NCBI GenBank assembly: GCA_050950765.1
Contig: JBMNIF010000002.1
Location: 992,001-1,056,000, forward strand
From: Bdellovibrionota bacterium
GTDB lineage: Bacteria; Bdellovibrionota_C; UBA2361; JAAYZI01
Direction: 5' to 3'
DNA: 64,000 nucleotides
Shown here: piece by piece, positions 8,961 to 18,911 of the stretch
Layout of the letters: every line of letters begins with the position of its first letter
Position numbering within the stretch: position 1 is the first letter of the stretch
The notes under the pieces: generated by a model
What the model was told of the DNA's origin: nothing
The model's database searches: none
Seen by the model: the letters and a program-made list of their open reading frames with translations, nothing else
Program-made: the position numbers and the translations under genes

Positions 8961-11498
8961 ATGGAAGAGAAGGGTGTTGAGATCCGTGTAGAAGATGATC
9001 GTACTGGGATGAGTCCGGAAGCCTTTTCAAGAGCGTTTATAGATAATCTACTCTATATGCGTGGGCAGGATAGAACGACTGCTTCTGCCTATGACTGCTA
9101 CTGCGCTTTAGCCTACACTATGCGCGACCGCTTGATGCACCGTTGGATAAAATCGAGGCAAACTCACTTTAATAACAGATCGAAGTTTGTTTTTTATTTT
9201 TCAGCAGAGTTTTTATTAGGGCGGCATATGCATAACGCCCTTCTGAACGCTGGTTGTTGGAGACAGGCACGACAAACTTTGGCGGAGTTCGATCTCGATA
9301 CGTACGAAATTTTTGAACAAGAACCTGAGCCTGGTCTTGGTAACGGTGGCTTGGGACGTTTAGCAGCCTGTTTTCTTGATTCACTGGCAACTCTTGATAT
9401 TCCTGCTATTGGGCACGGTATCCGTTATGAGTTCGGTATTTTTGAACAACGGATTGAAAACGGCTGGCAGATAGAGCATCCAGATAAGTGGTTGCGCTGG
9501 GGTAATCCGTGGGAAATTTCACGTCCGCAATTAACGGTGGAGGTAAAATTTGGTGGAAGAGTTGAGCCGTATACTGATGAGAACGGTGTTAGACGTGCTT
9601 ACTGGTTCCCTGATCTGACGGTTTTAGGCACACCTTACGACACAATTATTCCTGGATTTAAAACAGAAAACGTAGCAACGCTACGGCTATGGCGTGCGGG
9701 AACGAGTAAAGATTTTGATCTGCAGATCTTTAATGCGGGAGACTACTTTCAAGCTGTGCAGGATAAAACATTTTCTGAAAATATCTCAAAGGTGCTTTAT
9801 CCGAATGACAATACAGTGCAGGGCAGGGAGTTGCGTTTACGGCAGCAGTTCTTCTTTGTTTCGTGTGCTTTGCAAGATATTTTGCGTGTTTATACGGCAT
9901 GGCATATGTCAGATATGTCGAAGTTACACGAGTATGCTGCGATTCAGTTAAATGATACCCATCCAGCGATCGCTATTGCAGAGTTGATGCGTCTTCTGAT
10001 CGATGAGCACGGTGTAGCGTGGGATTTAGCTTGGGATGTTACGCAGAAGTGTTTCGGATATACTAATCATACGCTACTCTCTGAAGCTTTGGAAAAATGG
10101 CCTGTCTCAATGTTTGAACGACTTTTGCCACGTCATTTGCAGATTATTTATGAGATCAATCACCGCTTCCTCAGTTTTGTAAGGATGCGTTTCCCTAATG
10201 ATGAGGAGAGGTTGAGTAGGGTATCGATCATTGAAGAGGGTGAAGAGAAACAGGTTCGAATGGCACACCTTGCAACGATCGGTAGTCATGCTATTAACGG
10301 TGTGGCAGCTTTACATAGTGAGCTTGTTAAACACGAACTCCTAAAAGATTTTTATGAATTGTGGCCGGAACGTTTTAGTAATAAGACCAACGGTGTCACG
10401 CCTAGACGTTGGCTGATGTTGTCAAATCCTAAATTGACTTTCTTAATTACCGAAAAAATAGGTAAGGATTGGTTGAGTGATCTAACAGAGCTGCGTAAGT
10501 TAGAAAAGTTCATTGACGACAAAGCTTTTGTCGATACTTGGAGGATCTTTAAAACAGAAAATAAAAGAGAGTTATCAAGTTATATCGCCGGAATGAACGG
10601 AATCGATGTAAATTGCAATTCTCTCTTTGATATTCAGGTAAAGCGGATTCATGAATATAAGAGACAGCTCTTAAATGTCTTGTATATCATCACCCTTTAT
10701 AACCGCTTAAAGAACAATCCTAAACTTAAAATACAGCCCCGCACCTTTATCTTCGGTGGAAAGGCTGCACCTGGATATCATATGGCAAAGTTGATTATAA
10801 AATTAATCAACTCTGTTGGTTCTGTTGTGAACAATGATCCTGATGTGGCGGGACGCATTAAAGTTGTCTTCCTTGAAAATTACTGTGTGTCATTAGGAGA
10901 GAAAGTTTATCCAGCAGCAGATCTTTCAGAGCAGATCTCTTTAGCTGGTAAAGAGGCTTCAGGCACGGGTAATATGAAGTTTGCACTAAACGGCGCTTTA
11001 ACGATCGGTACTTTAGATGGTGCTAATATTGAAATTCGGGAGCAGGTCGGAGCTGAAAATTTCTTCCTCTTTGGCATGACGGTTGAGCAGGTAAAAGAGC
11101 TTAAGAGTAAAGGGTATGATCCGAAGGGGTATTATTATTCCAACAATGAATTAAGAGGTGTTATCGATAGGATCGCTTCAGGGCACTTTGCACAAGGCGA
11201 CAGAGGGCTCTTCCAACCGATCGTTGAATCTCTTCTGCAACGTGATGAGTATATGTTGTTTGCAGATTATAAAGCTTATGTCGATTGCCAAGAATGTGTC
11301 AGTGAGACCTATGCCGATCGGGATAAATGGACGAAGATGTCGATTCTGAATGTTGCTAGAATGGGGTATTTCTCTTCAGATAGAACTATTCGTGAGTATT
11401 GTGAAGATATCTGGAAAGTTAGTCCCGTCAGGATCCCTTCAGATGAGGAGATGCAGGCGCTAAAGGCAAAAGAAAAAGAGGAAAAGGAGAAGAGATAA
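8961..11498 (+). CDS. glgP: Glycogen/starch phosphorylase
   Basis: GLGNGGLGRLAAC, QLNDTHP, KRIHEYKRQ, EASGTGNMK PLP-lysine motif. Confidence 0.97.
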   Translation: MEEKGVEIRVEDDRTGMSPEAFSRAFIDNLLYMRGQDRTTASAYDCYCALAYTMRDRLMHRWIKSRQTHFNNRSKFVFYFSAEFLLGRHMHNALLNAGCWRQARQTLAEFDLDTYEIFEQEPEPGLGNGGLGRLAACFLDSLATLDIPAIGHGIRYEFGIFEQRIENGWQIEHPDKWLRWGNPWEISRPQLTVEVKFGGRVEPYTDENGVRRAYWFPDLTVLGTPYDTIIPGFKTENVATLRLWRAGTSKDFDLQIFNAGDYFQAVQDKTFSENISKVLYPNDNTVQGRELRLRQQFFFVSCALQDILRVYTAWHMSDMSKLHEYAAIQLNDTHPAIAIAELMRLLIDEHGVAWDLAWDVTQKCFGYTNHTLLSEALEKWPVSMFERLLPRHLQIIYEINHRFLSFVRMRFPNDEERLSRVSIIEEGEEKQVRMAHLATIGSHAINGVAALHSELVKHELLKDFYELWPERFSNKTNGVTPRRWLMLSNPKLTFLITEKIGKDWLSDLTELRKLEKFIDDKAFVDTWRIFKTENKRELSSYIAGMNGIDVNCNSLFDIQVKRIHEYKRQLLNVLYIITLYNRLKNNPKLKIQPRTFIFGGKAAPGYHMAKLIIKLINSVGSVVNNDPDVAGRIKVVFLENYCVSLGEKVYPAADLSEQISLAGKEASGTGNMKFALNGALTIGTLDGANIEIREQVGAENFFLFGMTVEQVKELKSKGYDPKGYYYSNNELRGVIDRIASGHFAQGDRGLFQPIVESLLQRDEYMLFADYKAYVDCQECVSETYADRDKWTKMSILNVARMGYFSSDRTIREYCEDIWKVSPVRIPSDEEMQALKAKEKEEKEKR

Positions 11499-11526
11499 GA
11501 TAACTCCGCTGGGAGTACTTTTAGAG

Positions 11527-11584
11527 GCAGGACGTGGAGAAAGATTATAAATTAAAGATCCACGTCCTGCTTTCTGTTTTTTTA
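11527..11584 (+). terminator. Intrinsic terminator after glgP
   Basis: GCAGGACGTGGA / TCCACGTCCTGC 12 bp stem followed by T-rich tract. Confidence 0.75.
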
Positions 11585-11665
11585 TAAGTTAAGCGGATAG
11601 AAGCAGGGTGTTTTTTAAGAGTGCTTTGCAATAAATATCAGATCTCTTATACTCCGTGACGATAC

Positions 11666-11742
11666 GTGCTCGTAGCTCAGCTGGATAGAGTGTCAGCCTC
11701 CGAAGCTGGAAGTCGCAAGTTCGAATCTTGTCGAGCACGCCA
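11666..11742 (+). tRNA. tRNA-Arg(CCG)
   Basis: Cloverleaf GTGCTCG/CGAGCAC, anticodon loop CT-CCG-AA, GTTCGAATC, 3' CCA. Confidence 0.95.
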
Positions 11743-11764
11743 TTTTTTATGCCGTCCTGTATCG

Positions 11765-12715
11765 ATGATTTTTTTAGATAGCCTCCCCAAACCTTTTACC
11801 GCCTTGGCACCTATGGAAGGTGTTACAAACTCTCCTTTTAGGCAGGTCTTGTTAGATTGTGGTCGCCCTGATCTCTTTTTTACGGAGTTCGTTAGTGTAG
11901 ATGGACTATTTTCGGCGGGGCAGGCTGCGGTAGCGCACCGTTTAAAATATACGCCGCAAGAGAAGCCACTTATCGCGCAAGTTTGGGGGAAAGACCCCGA
12001 GAAATTTTTTAAAGCAGCTAAGTACATGGCTGAAGCAGGATTCGACGGTGTTGATATCAATATGGGGTGCCCCGTAAATAAGGTTATTAAAAACGGGTGT
12101 TGCTCCGCATTAATTGAAGATCCTCCTTTGGCGAAGGAGATCTTTTGTGCAACACGGGAAGGTGCCACACAACTCTCTGTTAGTATTAAAACAAGGATCG
12201 GCTTAAGAAAAAGAATTACAGAGGAGTGGGGGGCTTTTTTATTACAATTAAAGCCAGATCTACTGACGATACACGGGCGTACCGCTAAAGATATGTATAA
12301 AGTGCCTGCGGATTGGGATGAGATAGGTAAGGTTGTGCAACTCCGTAATGATATGCACTCTAAAACTTTAATTATCGGAAACGGTGATATTGTTGATTAC
12401 GGTGATATCTTAAAAAAAGTTGAGCTTTACGGTGTTGATGGGGTTATGGTAGGGCGTGGCATCTTGCGCAATCTATTTATCTTTAATGCAGAAGGGGGAG
12501 ATCGTTCTGCGCAAGAGAGGGTTAAGTTGTTAAAGAGGCATCTGCATTTCTTTCAAGAAACGTGGGGAGATAGTGCACGTTTTTCGACGTTAAAAAAATA
12601 TTTCAAAGTATATATCTCTGCTATTCCGGCGGCACCACGTTTAAGAAACGAGTTGATGCAAACAGAGACGATAGCAGAAGTTTTAACAATTTTAGAGAAG
12701 TGGCAATTCGATTAA
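11765..12715 (+). CDS. tRNA-dihydrouridine synthase (Dus family)
   Basis: LAPMEGVT, DINMGCP, SIKTRIG, IHGRT, GNGDI, GVMVGRG; start moved to ATG 11765 because the ORF-track start lies in the tRNA. Confidence 0.92.
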   Translation: MIFLDSLPKPFTALAPMEGVTNSPFRQVLLDCGRPDLFFTEFVSVDGLFSAGQAAVAHRLKYTPQEKPLIAQVWGKDPEKFFKAAKYMAEAGFDGVDINMGCPVNKVIKNGCCSALIEDPPLAKEIFCATREGATQLSVSIKTRIGLRKRITEEWGAFLLQLKPDLLTIHGRTAKDMYKVPADWDEIGKVVQLRNDMHSKTLIIGNGDIVDYGDILKKVELYGVDGVMVGRGILRNLFIFNAEGGDRSAQERVKLLKRHLHFFQETWGDSARFSTLKKYFKVYISAIPAAPRLRNELMQTETIAEVLTILEKWQFD

Positions 12716-12856
12716 AATCGATATTTCAGCCCATTTTTAAAGTAGTATCGTTTTTATTAAAAGAAGGGTTTCATTTAGATAAATTTATTATAAAATTGCG
12801 CATTATTGACGGTGATTGTTAGGGTGTGTAGCGGAGCTTTATCTAAGGAGAGTTTT

Positions 12857-13990
12857 GTGAGCGATAAACAGTATGATCTAATAGTAATAGGTGGTGGCAT
12901 ATCAGGGCTAGGAGTTGCTTGGAAGGCGGCAGCTAAAGGACTTAAGGTGGTGCTCCTTGAAAAGGGTGAGCTCTGTCGTGCCACTTCTGATAATAGTCTT
13001 AGAATTATTCATGGTGGCTTGCGCTATCTACAACAGATGAATATCAAACGTGTTTTAGAGTCTGCTAAGGAGCAGTCCGATCTCTTAAGGATCGCTCCTG
13101 ACCTGATAAAGCCGCTCTGGTGCGTGATGCCGCTCTCAAAGTTCGGATTAAAAAGTAAGGTGCCGATGTGGTGTGCGCTGCAACTTTACAGAGTGTTGCG
13201 TTTATTGGCAGGAGCCGGTTATGGCAAGTGTGGAAAGATCGTCTCCGCAGCGTGGGTTGATGAAAAGCTCCCTCTGATTAAAGGAGAAGCTCCGCACGGG
13301 GCTTTTGTGTGGCGTGATGCTATTATGCCGAGTGATAGAAAGTTTGCGAAGTTTGTAGAATCAGAGGTGCGTAAGTGTGGTGCCGAGATCTTTGAAAAAA
13401 CGGAAGTTACTGCGATTAAAAAAATAGGTGATGGATATGAAGTAGTAACAACTCCTGAAGGAGGGGTCTTACGTGGAAAGTGTGTAGTAAATGCCACAGG
13501 GGCGTGGTTACAACGTTTCCCGCAGGATTCTCTTTTTAAACCACTTAAATGGTGTAAGGCTTTTAATATCGTTATCGCTAAAAAAGTTATTGAAGAGTAC
13601 GCCCTCGGGGTATCAGGAGAGTTGGGGCGTGTTTTCTTCTTAGCTCCACGCGAAGATAATGAATTTGATAAAGCAGGGACTGCCGTAGGTACGTTTTATT
13701 ATATGTGTGACGGAGATCCGGCTGAAGTTGCAGTTAGCGCTGAAGAGTTGGAGGAGTCGTTACGACGCATCAATAAAACCTTCCCGAATTTAAAGGTAAC
13801 TAAAGAAGATATTATAAAGATAGAATTAGGAATTCTCCCTGTCTATGGTGAAGATGAAAAGGGTCCAAAGTTATACGGATCTGAAAAGTTACGTGTGCAG
13901 GATGGATATATTGAAGTTTTAAGTACAAAGTATACGACTTTTAGAAGTCAAGCACGGCATGTCATGAAAGGAGTGACGAGGTTCTTATAG
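12857..13990 (+). CDS. FAD-dependent oxidoreductase, glycerol-3-phosphate dehydrogenase (GlpD)-like
   Basis: IGGGISG, ATSDNSLRIIHGGLRYLQ, NATGAW, KYTTFR; GTG start after AAGGAG. Confidence 0.8.
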   Translation: MSDKQYDLIVIGGGISGLGVAWKAAAKGLKVVLLEKGELCRATSDNSLRIIHGGLRYLQQMNIKRVLESAKEQSDLLRIAPDLIKPLWCVMPLSKFGLKSKVPMWCALQLYRVLRLLAGAGYGKCGKIVSAAWVDEKLPLIKGEAPHGAFVWRDAIMPSDRKFAKFVESEVRKCGAEIFEKTEVTAIKKIGDGYEVVTTPEGGVLRGKCVVNATGAWLQRFPQDSLFKPLKWCKAFNIVIAKKVIEEYALGVSGELGRVFFLAPREDNEFDKAGTAVGTFYYMCDGDPAEVAVSAEELEESLRRINKTFPNLKVTKEDIIKIELGILPVYGEDEKGPKLYGSEKLRVQDGYIEVLSTKYTTFRSQARHVMKGVTRFL

Positions 13991-14025
13991 TGCACCACAC
14001 TTTGTAGGAATAGTGAGAAGTTAAA

Positions 14026-15198
14026 ATGAGTGAAGAAAACACCGAGTACCGATCGCTACGACCATCCGAGATGAAGATAGATCTGGATGCCGTAGTTACT
14101 AATTATCACTTGATAGAAAAGCAGGTTGCTCCTGCTGCCGTGATGCCGATCTTAAAAGCTAACGCTTACGGTCACGGTCTGGTGCCGTGTGCGCAAGCAC
14201 TTGAAGCGGCTGGAGCAAAACGTTTCTGCCTAGCATATTTAGAAGAAGCGGTTCTCTTAAGACGTGCAGGAATTAAAATTCCGCTTTTAGTGTTGGGCGG
14301 TGTAGCAGAGGAACAGATTGAAGCGTTTATAAAATACGATGTTGAGGTGACAGCTTCCAGTATTTTTAAATTAAATAAGATTGAGGAGCGCGCCGCAGCA
14401 CTAGGGAAAAAAGCACACGTTCACCTTAAGATCGATACGGGGATGGAGCGTTTAGGTGTGCACTATTATTCAGCACAACCTTTTTTGGAAGAGACTTTAA
14501 AGTGTAAATATTGTGATGTGGTAGGCATCTTTTCTCACTTTGCTACCGTTGAAGAGGAGGATATCTCTTTTGCTAAGTTGCAACTTGAAAGGTTTTTAGA
14601 GTGTCTCGATTTTTTTAAGCAACACAACTTACCGACACCGCTACGCCACATCGCTAATTCTGCTGCAATTTTACGAATGCCTGAAAGTTATCTTGATGGC
14701 GTGCGCCCTGGATTGATCCTGTACGGAGTTCCGCCTGCGCCGCATATTAAAATAATGGCAGGATCTAAGCGCTCTATGACGTTACGTTCTGCTGTCTCTT
14801 ACTTTAAAGTTGTTCAGGCGGGGCGTGGTATCAGTTATGATTTAACGTATGTAACTCCACATCAAACGCGAGTAGTAACGGTGCCGATCGGGTATGGTGA
14901 CGGTTATCCGAGAAGTTTATCCAATAAAGGGAGTGTTCTGATACGGGGACGACGGTATCCGATTGTTGGTAAGATCTGCATGGATCAGATGATGGTTGAT
15001 ATCGGTAGTGACGGAGAGGCTTATAATGGAGATGAAGTTATCCTGATCGGAGAACAGGGCGATGAGTGTATCACTTTAGAAGAGGTGGCGAGCTTGGCGG
15101 GAACTGATCCTAGGGACATCTTATGTGCAACTAATCAACGTGTTCCGAGATACTACTCTTACAAGGGAGAAAATTTTATTGATGGTGTTTTGCCGTAG
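14026..15198 (+). CDS. alr: Alanine racemase
   Basis: LKANAYGHG PLP motif, KIDTGMERLG, GYGDGY, CMDQ. Confidence 0.95.
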   Translation: MSEENTEYRSLRPSEMKIDLDAVVTNYHLIEKQVAPAAVMPILKANAYGHGLVPCAQALEAAGAKRFCLAYLEEAVLLRRAGIKIPLLVLGGVAEEQIEAFIKYDVEVTASSIFKLNKIEERAAALGKKAHVHLKIDTGMERLGVHYYSAQPFLEETLKCKYCDVVGIFSHFATVEEEDISFAKLQLERFLECLDFFKQHNLPTPLRHIANSAAILRMPESYLDGVRPGLILYGVPPAPHIKIMAGSKRSMTLRSAVSYFKVVQAGRGISYDLTYVTPHQTRVVTVPIGYGDGYPRSLSNKGSVLIRGRRYPIVGKICMDQMMVDIGSDGEAYNGDEVILIGEQGDECITLEEVASLAGTDPRDILCATNQRVPRYYSYKGENFIDGVLP

Positions 15199-15262
15199 TT
15201 TGGTGAGGGATGGTAAAAAATATGGTGACACCTCCTTAAGTTTCCCCATATAGTTTCTTATT

Positions 15263-16213
15263 ATGGATGAATCAAGACTTTCAGAGTTTGCTTTATTGGC
15301 TAAGATCTTACATAGACAGGAGTCTCCCGATCTTATTTTGCCGAATGGAGATGATGCCGCTGTAATAAAGATCGGCAGATCTCTTGTAGCTATTACAACT
15401 GATGCCGTTGTTGAAAATAAACACTTTTCATTCTCTTATTTTTCAGGGAGACAGGTCGGAATTAAAAGTGTTGAGAGTGCAGTTTCTGATCTTATTGCTG
15501 TGGGTGCTGTGCCGAAAGGGATCGTTATAGCGTTGAGTATTAGTGAACTGACTGAAACTGTGCTTATAGAGGAGGTTTATAAAGGTATCTATGCAGCTTC
15601 TGAGCGTTTAGGATGTCAAGTTTTAGGAGGGGATCTAACAGTTAACTCCGGAGGGCTGGAAGTTGCAGTGACGGCTTTAGGGCATATTGAGAAGAAGCGA
15701 GATATTATAACGAGGTCTGGTGCTAAGGCTGGTGATTTAGTGTGTGTAACGGGTGCGCTTGGCGGTTCTATGGCGGGATTTAGAGCAATTAGGGCAGGGT
15801 TAGCAGGCTTTAAGGCGACTAGATTAAAACATTTACAACCGCTGTGTCGTTTCGATCTGTGTGGTAAGTTAAAAGGGGTGCACGCTGCCATAGATATTAG
15901 TGACGGACTCTCTTCAGAGATAAATCATATCTGTCAAGCGAGTCATTGTGGAGCGATGATTACATCTTCTGATATCCCTATTACGCCGGAGGTGCGTCAG
16001 ATCGCTGCAACTTTAAATGAAAACCCTTTAGATTATGCTTTAAATGGCGGAGAGGATTATGAACTACTTTTAGCAGTAGCTCCGAAACGGTATAATGATC
16101 TTATGGGAAGTGTGATCGGTGTCTTTACGGAGTCGCCTGAGATATTGATAGAGATTGATAATCAACAACGGACACTACAACCACGTGGGTACGATCACTT
16201 GGTAAAAGGGTAG
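15263..16213 (+). CDS. thiL: Thiamine-monophosphate kinase
   Basis: GDDAA, SDLIAVGA, GGD, DISDGL, GGEDYEL. Confidence 0.93.
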   Translation: MDESRLSEFALLAKILHRQESPDLILPNGDDAAVIKIGRSLVAITTDAVVENKHFSFSYFSGRQVGIKSVESAVSDLIAVGAVPKGIVIALSISELTETVLIEEVYKGIYAASERLGCQVLGGDLTVNSGGLEVAVTALGHIEKKRDIITRSGAKAGDLVCVTGALGGSMAGFRAIRAGLAGFKATRLKHLQPLCRFDLCGKLKGVHAAIDISDGLSSEINHICQASHCGAMITSSDIPITPEVRQIAATLNENPLDYALNGGEDYELLLAVAPKRYNDLMGSVIGVFTESPEILIEIDNQQRTLQPRGYDHLVKG

Positions 16214-16343
16214 TAAAAAAGTTTGTTTATTAAGTGAGGTGTTTTTTTTATTTGTAAAATATGTTTGCGAGTACGATCACTTGGTAAAAAGTTAGTAAAA
16301 AGTTTTGTTTGTTAATGGAAGTGTTTTTTTATTTGTAAGATAT
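16189..16343 (+). repeat. Degenerate tandem duplication (period 82) of the thiL 3' end
   Basis: GTACGATCACTTGGTAAAA...GTGTTTTTTTATTTGTAA at 16189 and 16271. Confidence 0.85.
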
Positions 16344-16411
16344 AAATGCTAAGCACTTTAAGTGCTGTTTAAAAAGTTGATAAAGGTGTTTTTATTTATA
16401 ATTTAATAGAT

Positions 16412-17200
16412 ATGAATATACTAGAAGAAGATACTGTCCTTGTTAACGAAGGTGTTGTGGCGCAGGTTATGATTAACCGTCCGCAAGCTTTGAATGCTAT
16501 CACCGTTGATATCTTTCAAGGTCTGATTATGGCCTTTGAAAAGATTGAACGGTTCCCTGATCTAAGGGTTGTTACTTTATGGGGAGCAGGAGATAAGGCC
16601 TTTGCAGCAGGTGTGGAAGTTAACGGTTATATGGATCTTGGGAAAAGAGCTTTGGCGGAGTATGTGGAGTTGGGCAATCGGGCTCTGCGTACGGTGGAGA
16701 GGTGTAAGGTTCCTGTTATCGCTGCTGTAAATGGGTATTGTTTCGGTGCAGGCTTGGAGGTGGCTTTAGCAGCGGATGTTATTGTTGCTGGACACAGTGC
16801 GCAGTTCGGCTTTCCAGAAGTTAGTTTAGGAGCCGTTCCGCCTTTTGGTGGAATCGCTAGGTTAGTGCAACGGGTCGGTGTGGGAGTAGCGAAGAAGTTA
16901 CTTTTTTCTGGGGAGATGATCGATGCGCAGGAGGCGCTCCTTGCGCACTTAGTAGATGAAGTGGCAGAGCCTGAGAAGTTGACTGATACGGTTAATCACT
17001 TGGCGGAAACGATTACTACACGAGCGCCACTTGCTGTGGAAGCTATTAAAAAAATCATAAGAGAAGTTTCAGATAATAACGTATTTCCCGCTATTAGAAG
17101 GTCAATTGAGGTTTATCTTGATCTTGCTAAAAGTTCAGATTGGGGGGAAGGTGCTGATGCTTTTATGCAGCAGAGAGCGCCAAAATTTACAGGTAGATAA
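16412..17200 (+). CDS. Enoyl-CoA hydratase/isomerase family protein
   Basis: NRPQALNA, AFAAG, IAAVNGYCFGAGLE, FGFPEVSLG. Confidence 0.9.
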   Translation: MNILEEDTVLVNEGVVAQVMINRPQALNAITVDIFQGLIMAFEKIERFPDLRVVTLWGAGDKAFAAGVEVNGYMDLGKRALAEYVELGNRALRTVERCKVPVIAAVNGYCFGAGLEVALAADVIVAGHSAQFGFPEVSLGAVPPFGGIARLVQRVGVGVAKKLLFSGEMIDAQEALLAHLVDEVAEPEKLTDTVNHLAETITTRAPLAVEAIKKIIREVSDNNVFPAIRRSIEVYLDLAKSSDWGEGADAFMQQRAPKFTGR

Positions 17201-17351
17201 CCTCTATTTCTGAGTCTAAAGAACGGTGCCTATAAAGTGGAGGAGGGTGAGTTTATACATCACTTCTCTTGGAGTTATGAGAAGGGCTCTCTTGCAGTAT
17301 TTAAAATATGATGAGTGGTCGTCTTCTTTCTGACGTGATATATAAGAGGGT

Positions 17352-17645
17352 ATGGCTAAGGAGATCGGATATATGAAATATTTTCTCATCTATTTTTTCG
17401 CTTTCGGGGTGGTGGCTCTAGGGGCAAATGAGCTTTTAAAAGAGATAGATCCTGTTGGGAAAAATAAGGTCACAAAAGATGAAATTATCCCGATTATGCA
17501 CGGCAGGCTTTCTCTTGATCAAGGGCGTTTCCCTGAGGAGGAGTTGAAGAAGTTGCAGGAGTTTCGTGCGAAAAACGGCAATGATAAGCGGGTGGCTTCT
17601 TGGTTCGGAGTGGATACTAAGGAAGATTACAAGGAGATAAAATGA
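17352..17645 (+). CDS. Hypothetical protein with N-terminal membrane anchor
   Basis: 97 aa, SD-like AGAGG, ATGA overlap with next gene. Confidence 0.6.
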   Translation: MAKEIGYMKYFLIYFFAFGVVALGANELLKEIDPVGKNKVTKDEIIPIMHGRLSLDQGRFPEEELKKLQEFRAKNGNDKRVASWFGVDTKEDYKEIK

Positions 17646-18139
17646 GGGTGGTTGCTAGATCTTTACTGGCGCTGTTGTTGATGTTTGGTGTGTCTGGTTG
17701 TGTTCTGGTGCCGTTTATCAGTGGCTTTAGAGAGTTGGGAGCAACGGCGGATTCCAGGCAGGAATTGTTAAACAAAACCATTAAAAATTTTCAAGTTGCT
17801 ATTAAAAGTTCGAATATCACAGCAGCACTCTCTTTTATAGATAAAGATAATAAAGAATTGCGTGAAGCCATTAGAGATGAGATGCGTCGGACAAAAGATA
17901 AAGAAAAGATAGTCGATAGTAGGTTAGATTTCGTTGAGTATGACGATGATTCTTATCACGCCGATGTTGAGATAAGAACGAAATTTTTCAAGGTTCCGTA
18001 TTATGTTGTGATGGAGAGGCTTGAAAAAGAGAAGTGGGAGTTCTTTGTAAGAAAGGGGTGGCAACTTACTTCCAGAACAAGTGAGTTAATGAAAGATGGT
18101 GAAGTTATCTCAGACCTTCAAAAAAATAGTGTAAAATAA
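17642..18139 (+). CDS. Putative lipoprotein
   Basis: Signal peptide with lipobox VSGC; operonic position. Confidence 0.65.
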   Translation: MRVVARSLLALLLMFGVSGCVLVPFISGFRELGATADSRQELLNKTIKNFQVAIKSSNITAALSFIDKDNKELREAIRDEMRRTKDKEKIVDSRLDFVEYDDDSYHADVEIRTKFFKVPYYVVMERLEKEKWEFFVRKGWQLTSRTSELMKDGEVISDLQKNSVK

Positions 18140-18155
18140 TTTTAAAATCGTTTTT

Positions 18156-18911
18156 ATGTGTAAGTTGATACGTAAGTTTGTGATCGGTTCTTTTTTACCG
18201 ATCTTCCTTTGTACTGCTTGCTCTTCAAAAGATGTAACTCCTGCTGTGGAGTCGCTTAATGAACTTGAAGATGGAGCGGCGCTGGCACCCTTTAAATTAA
18301 GTGTGCTTGATGAAGTCTTTGATGGTAAAGAGGTCTTCTTGCGCATTAAGTTGGATGTCTTTGCTCCATGGGATGCCTCTATGGTTGCTTTTAAATTAAC
18401 AACTTTAAAAGATGGTGCGGAGTACGGTGTAAAGAGCTTTTTATTAGAGGATCTCTTAGGGCGGGAGGTTTTGGATAACGGATTAGTCCCGCCGAAAGAA
18501 TATACACTTGTCTTAAATGCACCGTCTAAGAGCGCTACTGATTATCAACTGGAGATGGTTTGGAAGGTCGAAGTTTCTGAAGAAAGACAACCTTTAAAAT
18601 TGATCAATGTGGTTAGTACTAAAAAGAAAGAGTGTCATGACGGTAATAAGGGTAAATGTTCTGAAATTATAGAGGTTGCCCTTGATCTGAAAAATGAAGG
18701 GCAAACGCAGTTGAAAAATATAGTTCTATCTATTAGCTTTATAGCCTCTGAGGGTGGTGTTGATGTGGTAAAATACACTCAAGATATCCCTATTGAGGGA
18801 TTGGTCTTAGAGCCCGATCAACGGCAAGCGGTTCGTTTTGAAGTTGAAGAGTCTGAAGATCCGGAATTACGAGGCTTAGACCCGATTATTCAGATAGTGT
18901 CGTATCAATGA
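18156..18911 (+). CDS. Putative lipoprotein, beta-rich
   Basis: Lipobox-like CTAC; overlaps miaB start (ATGA). Confidence 0.6.
   Translation: MCKLIRKFVIGSFLPIFLCTACSSKDVTPAVESLNELEDGAALAPFKLSVLDEVFDGKEVFLRIKLDVFAPWDASMVAFKLTTLKDGAEYGVKSFLLEDLLGREVLDNGLVPPKEYTLVLNAPSKSATDYQLEMVWKVEVSEERQPLKLINVVSTKKKECHDGNKGKCSEIIEVALDLKNEGQTQLKNIVLSISFIASEGGVDVVKYTQDIPIEGLVLEPDQRQAVRFEVEESEDPELRGLDPIIQIVSYQ

Noticed and set aside
11666..11764. N-terminal extension of Dus in ORF track
   Set aside because: It is the translated tRNA-Arg gene
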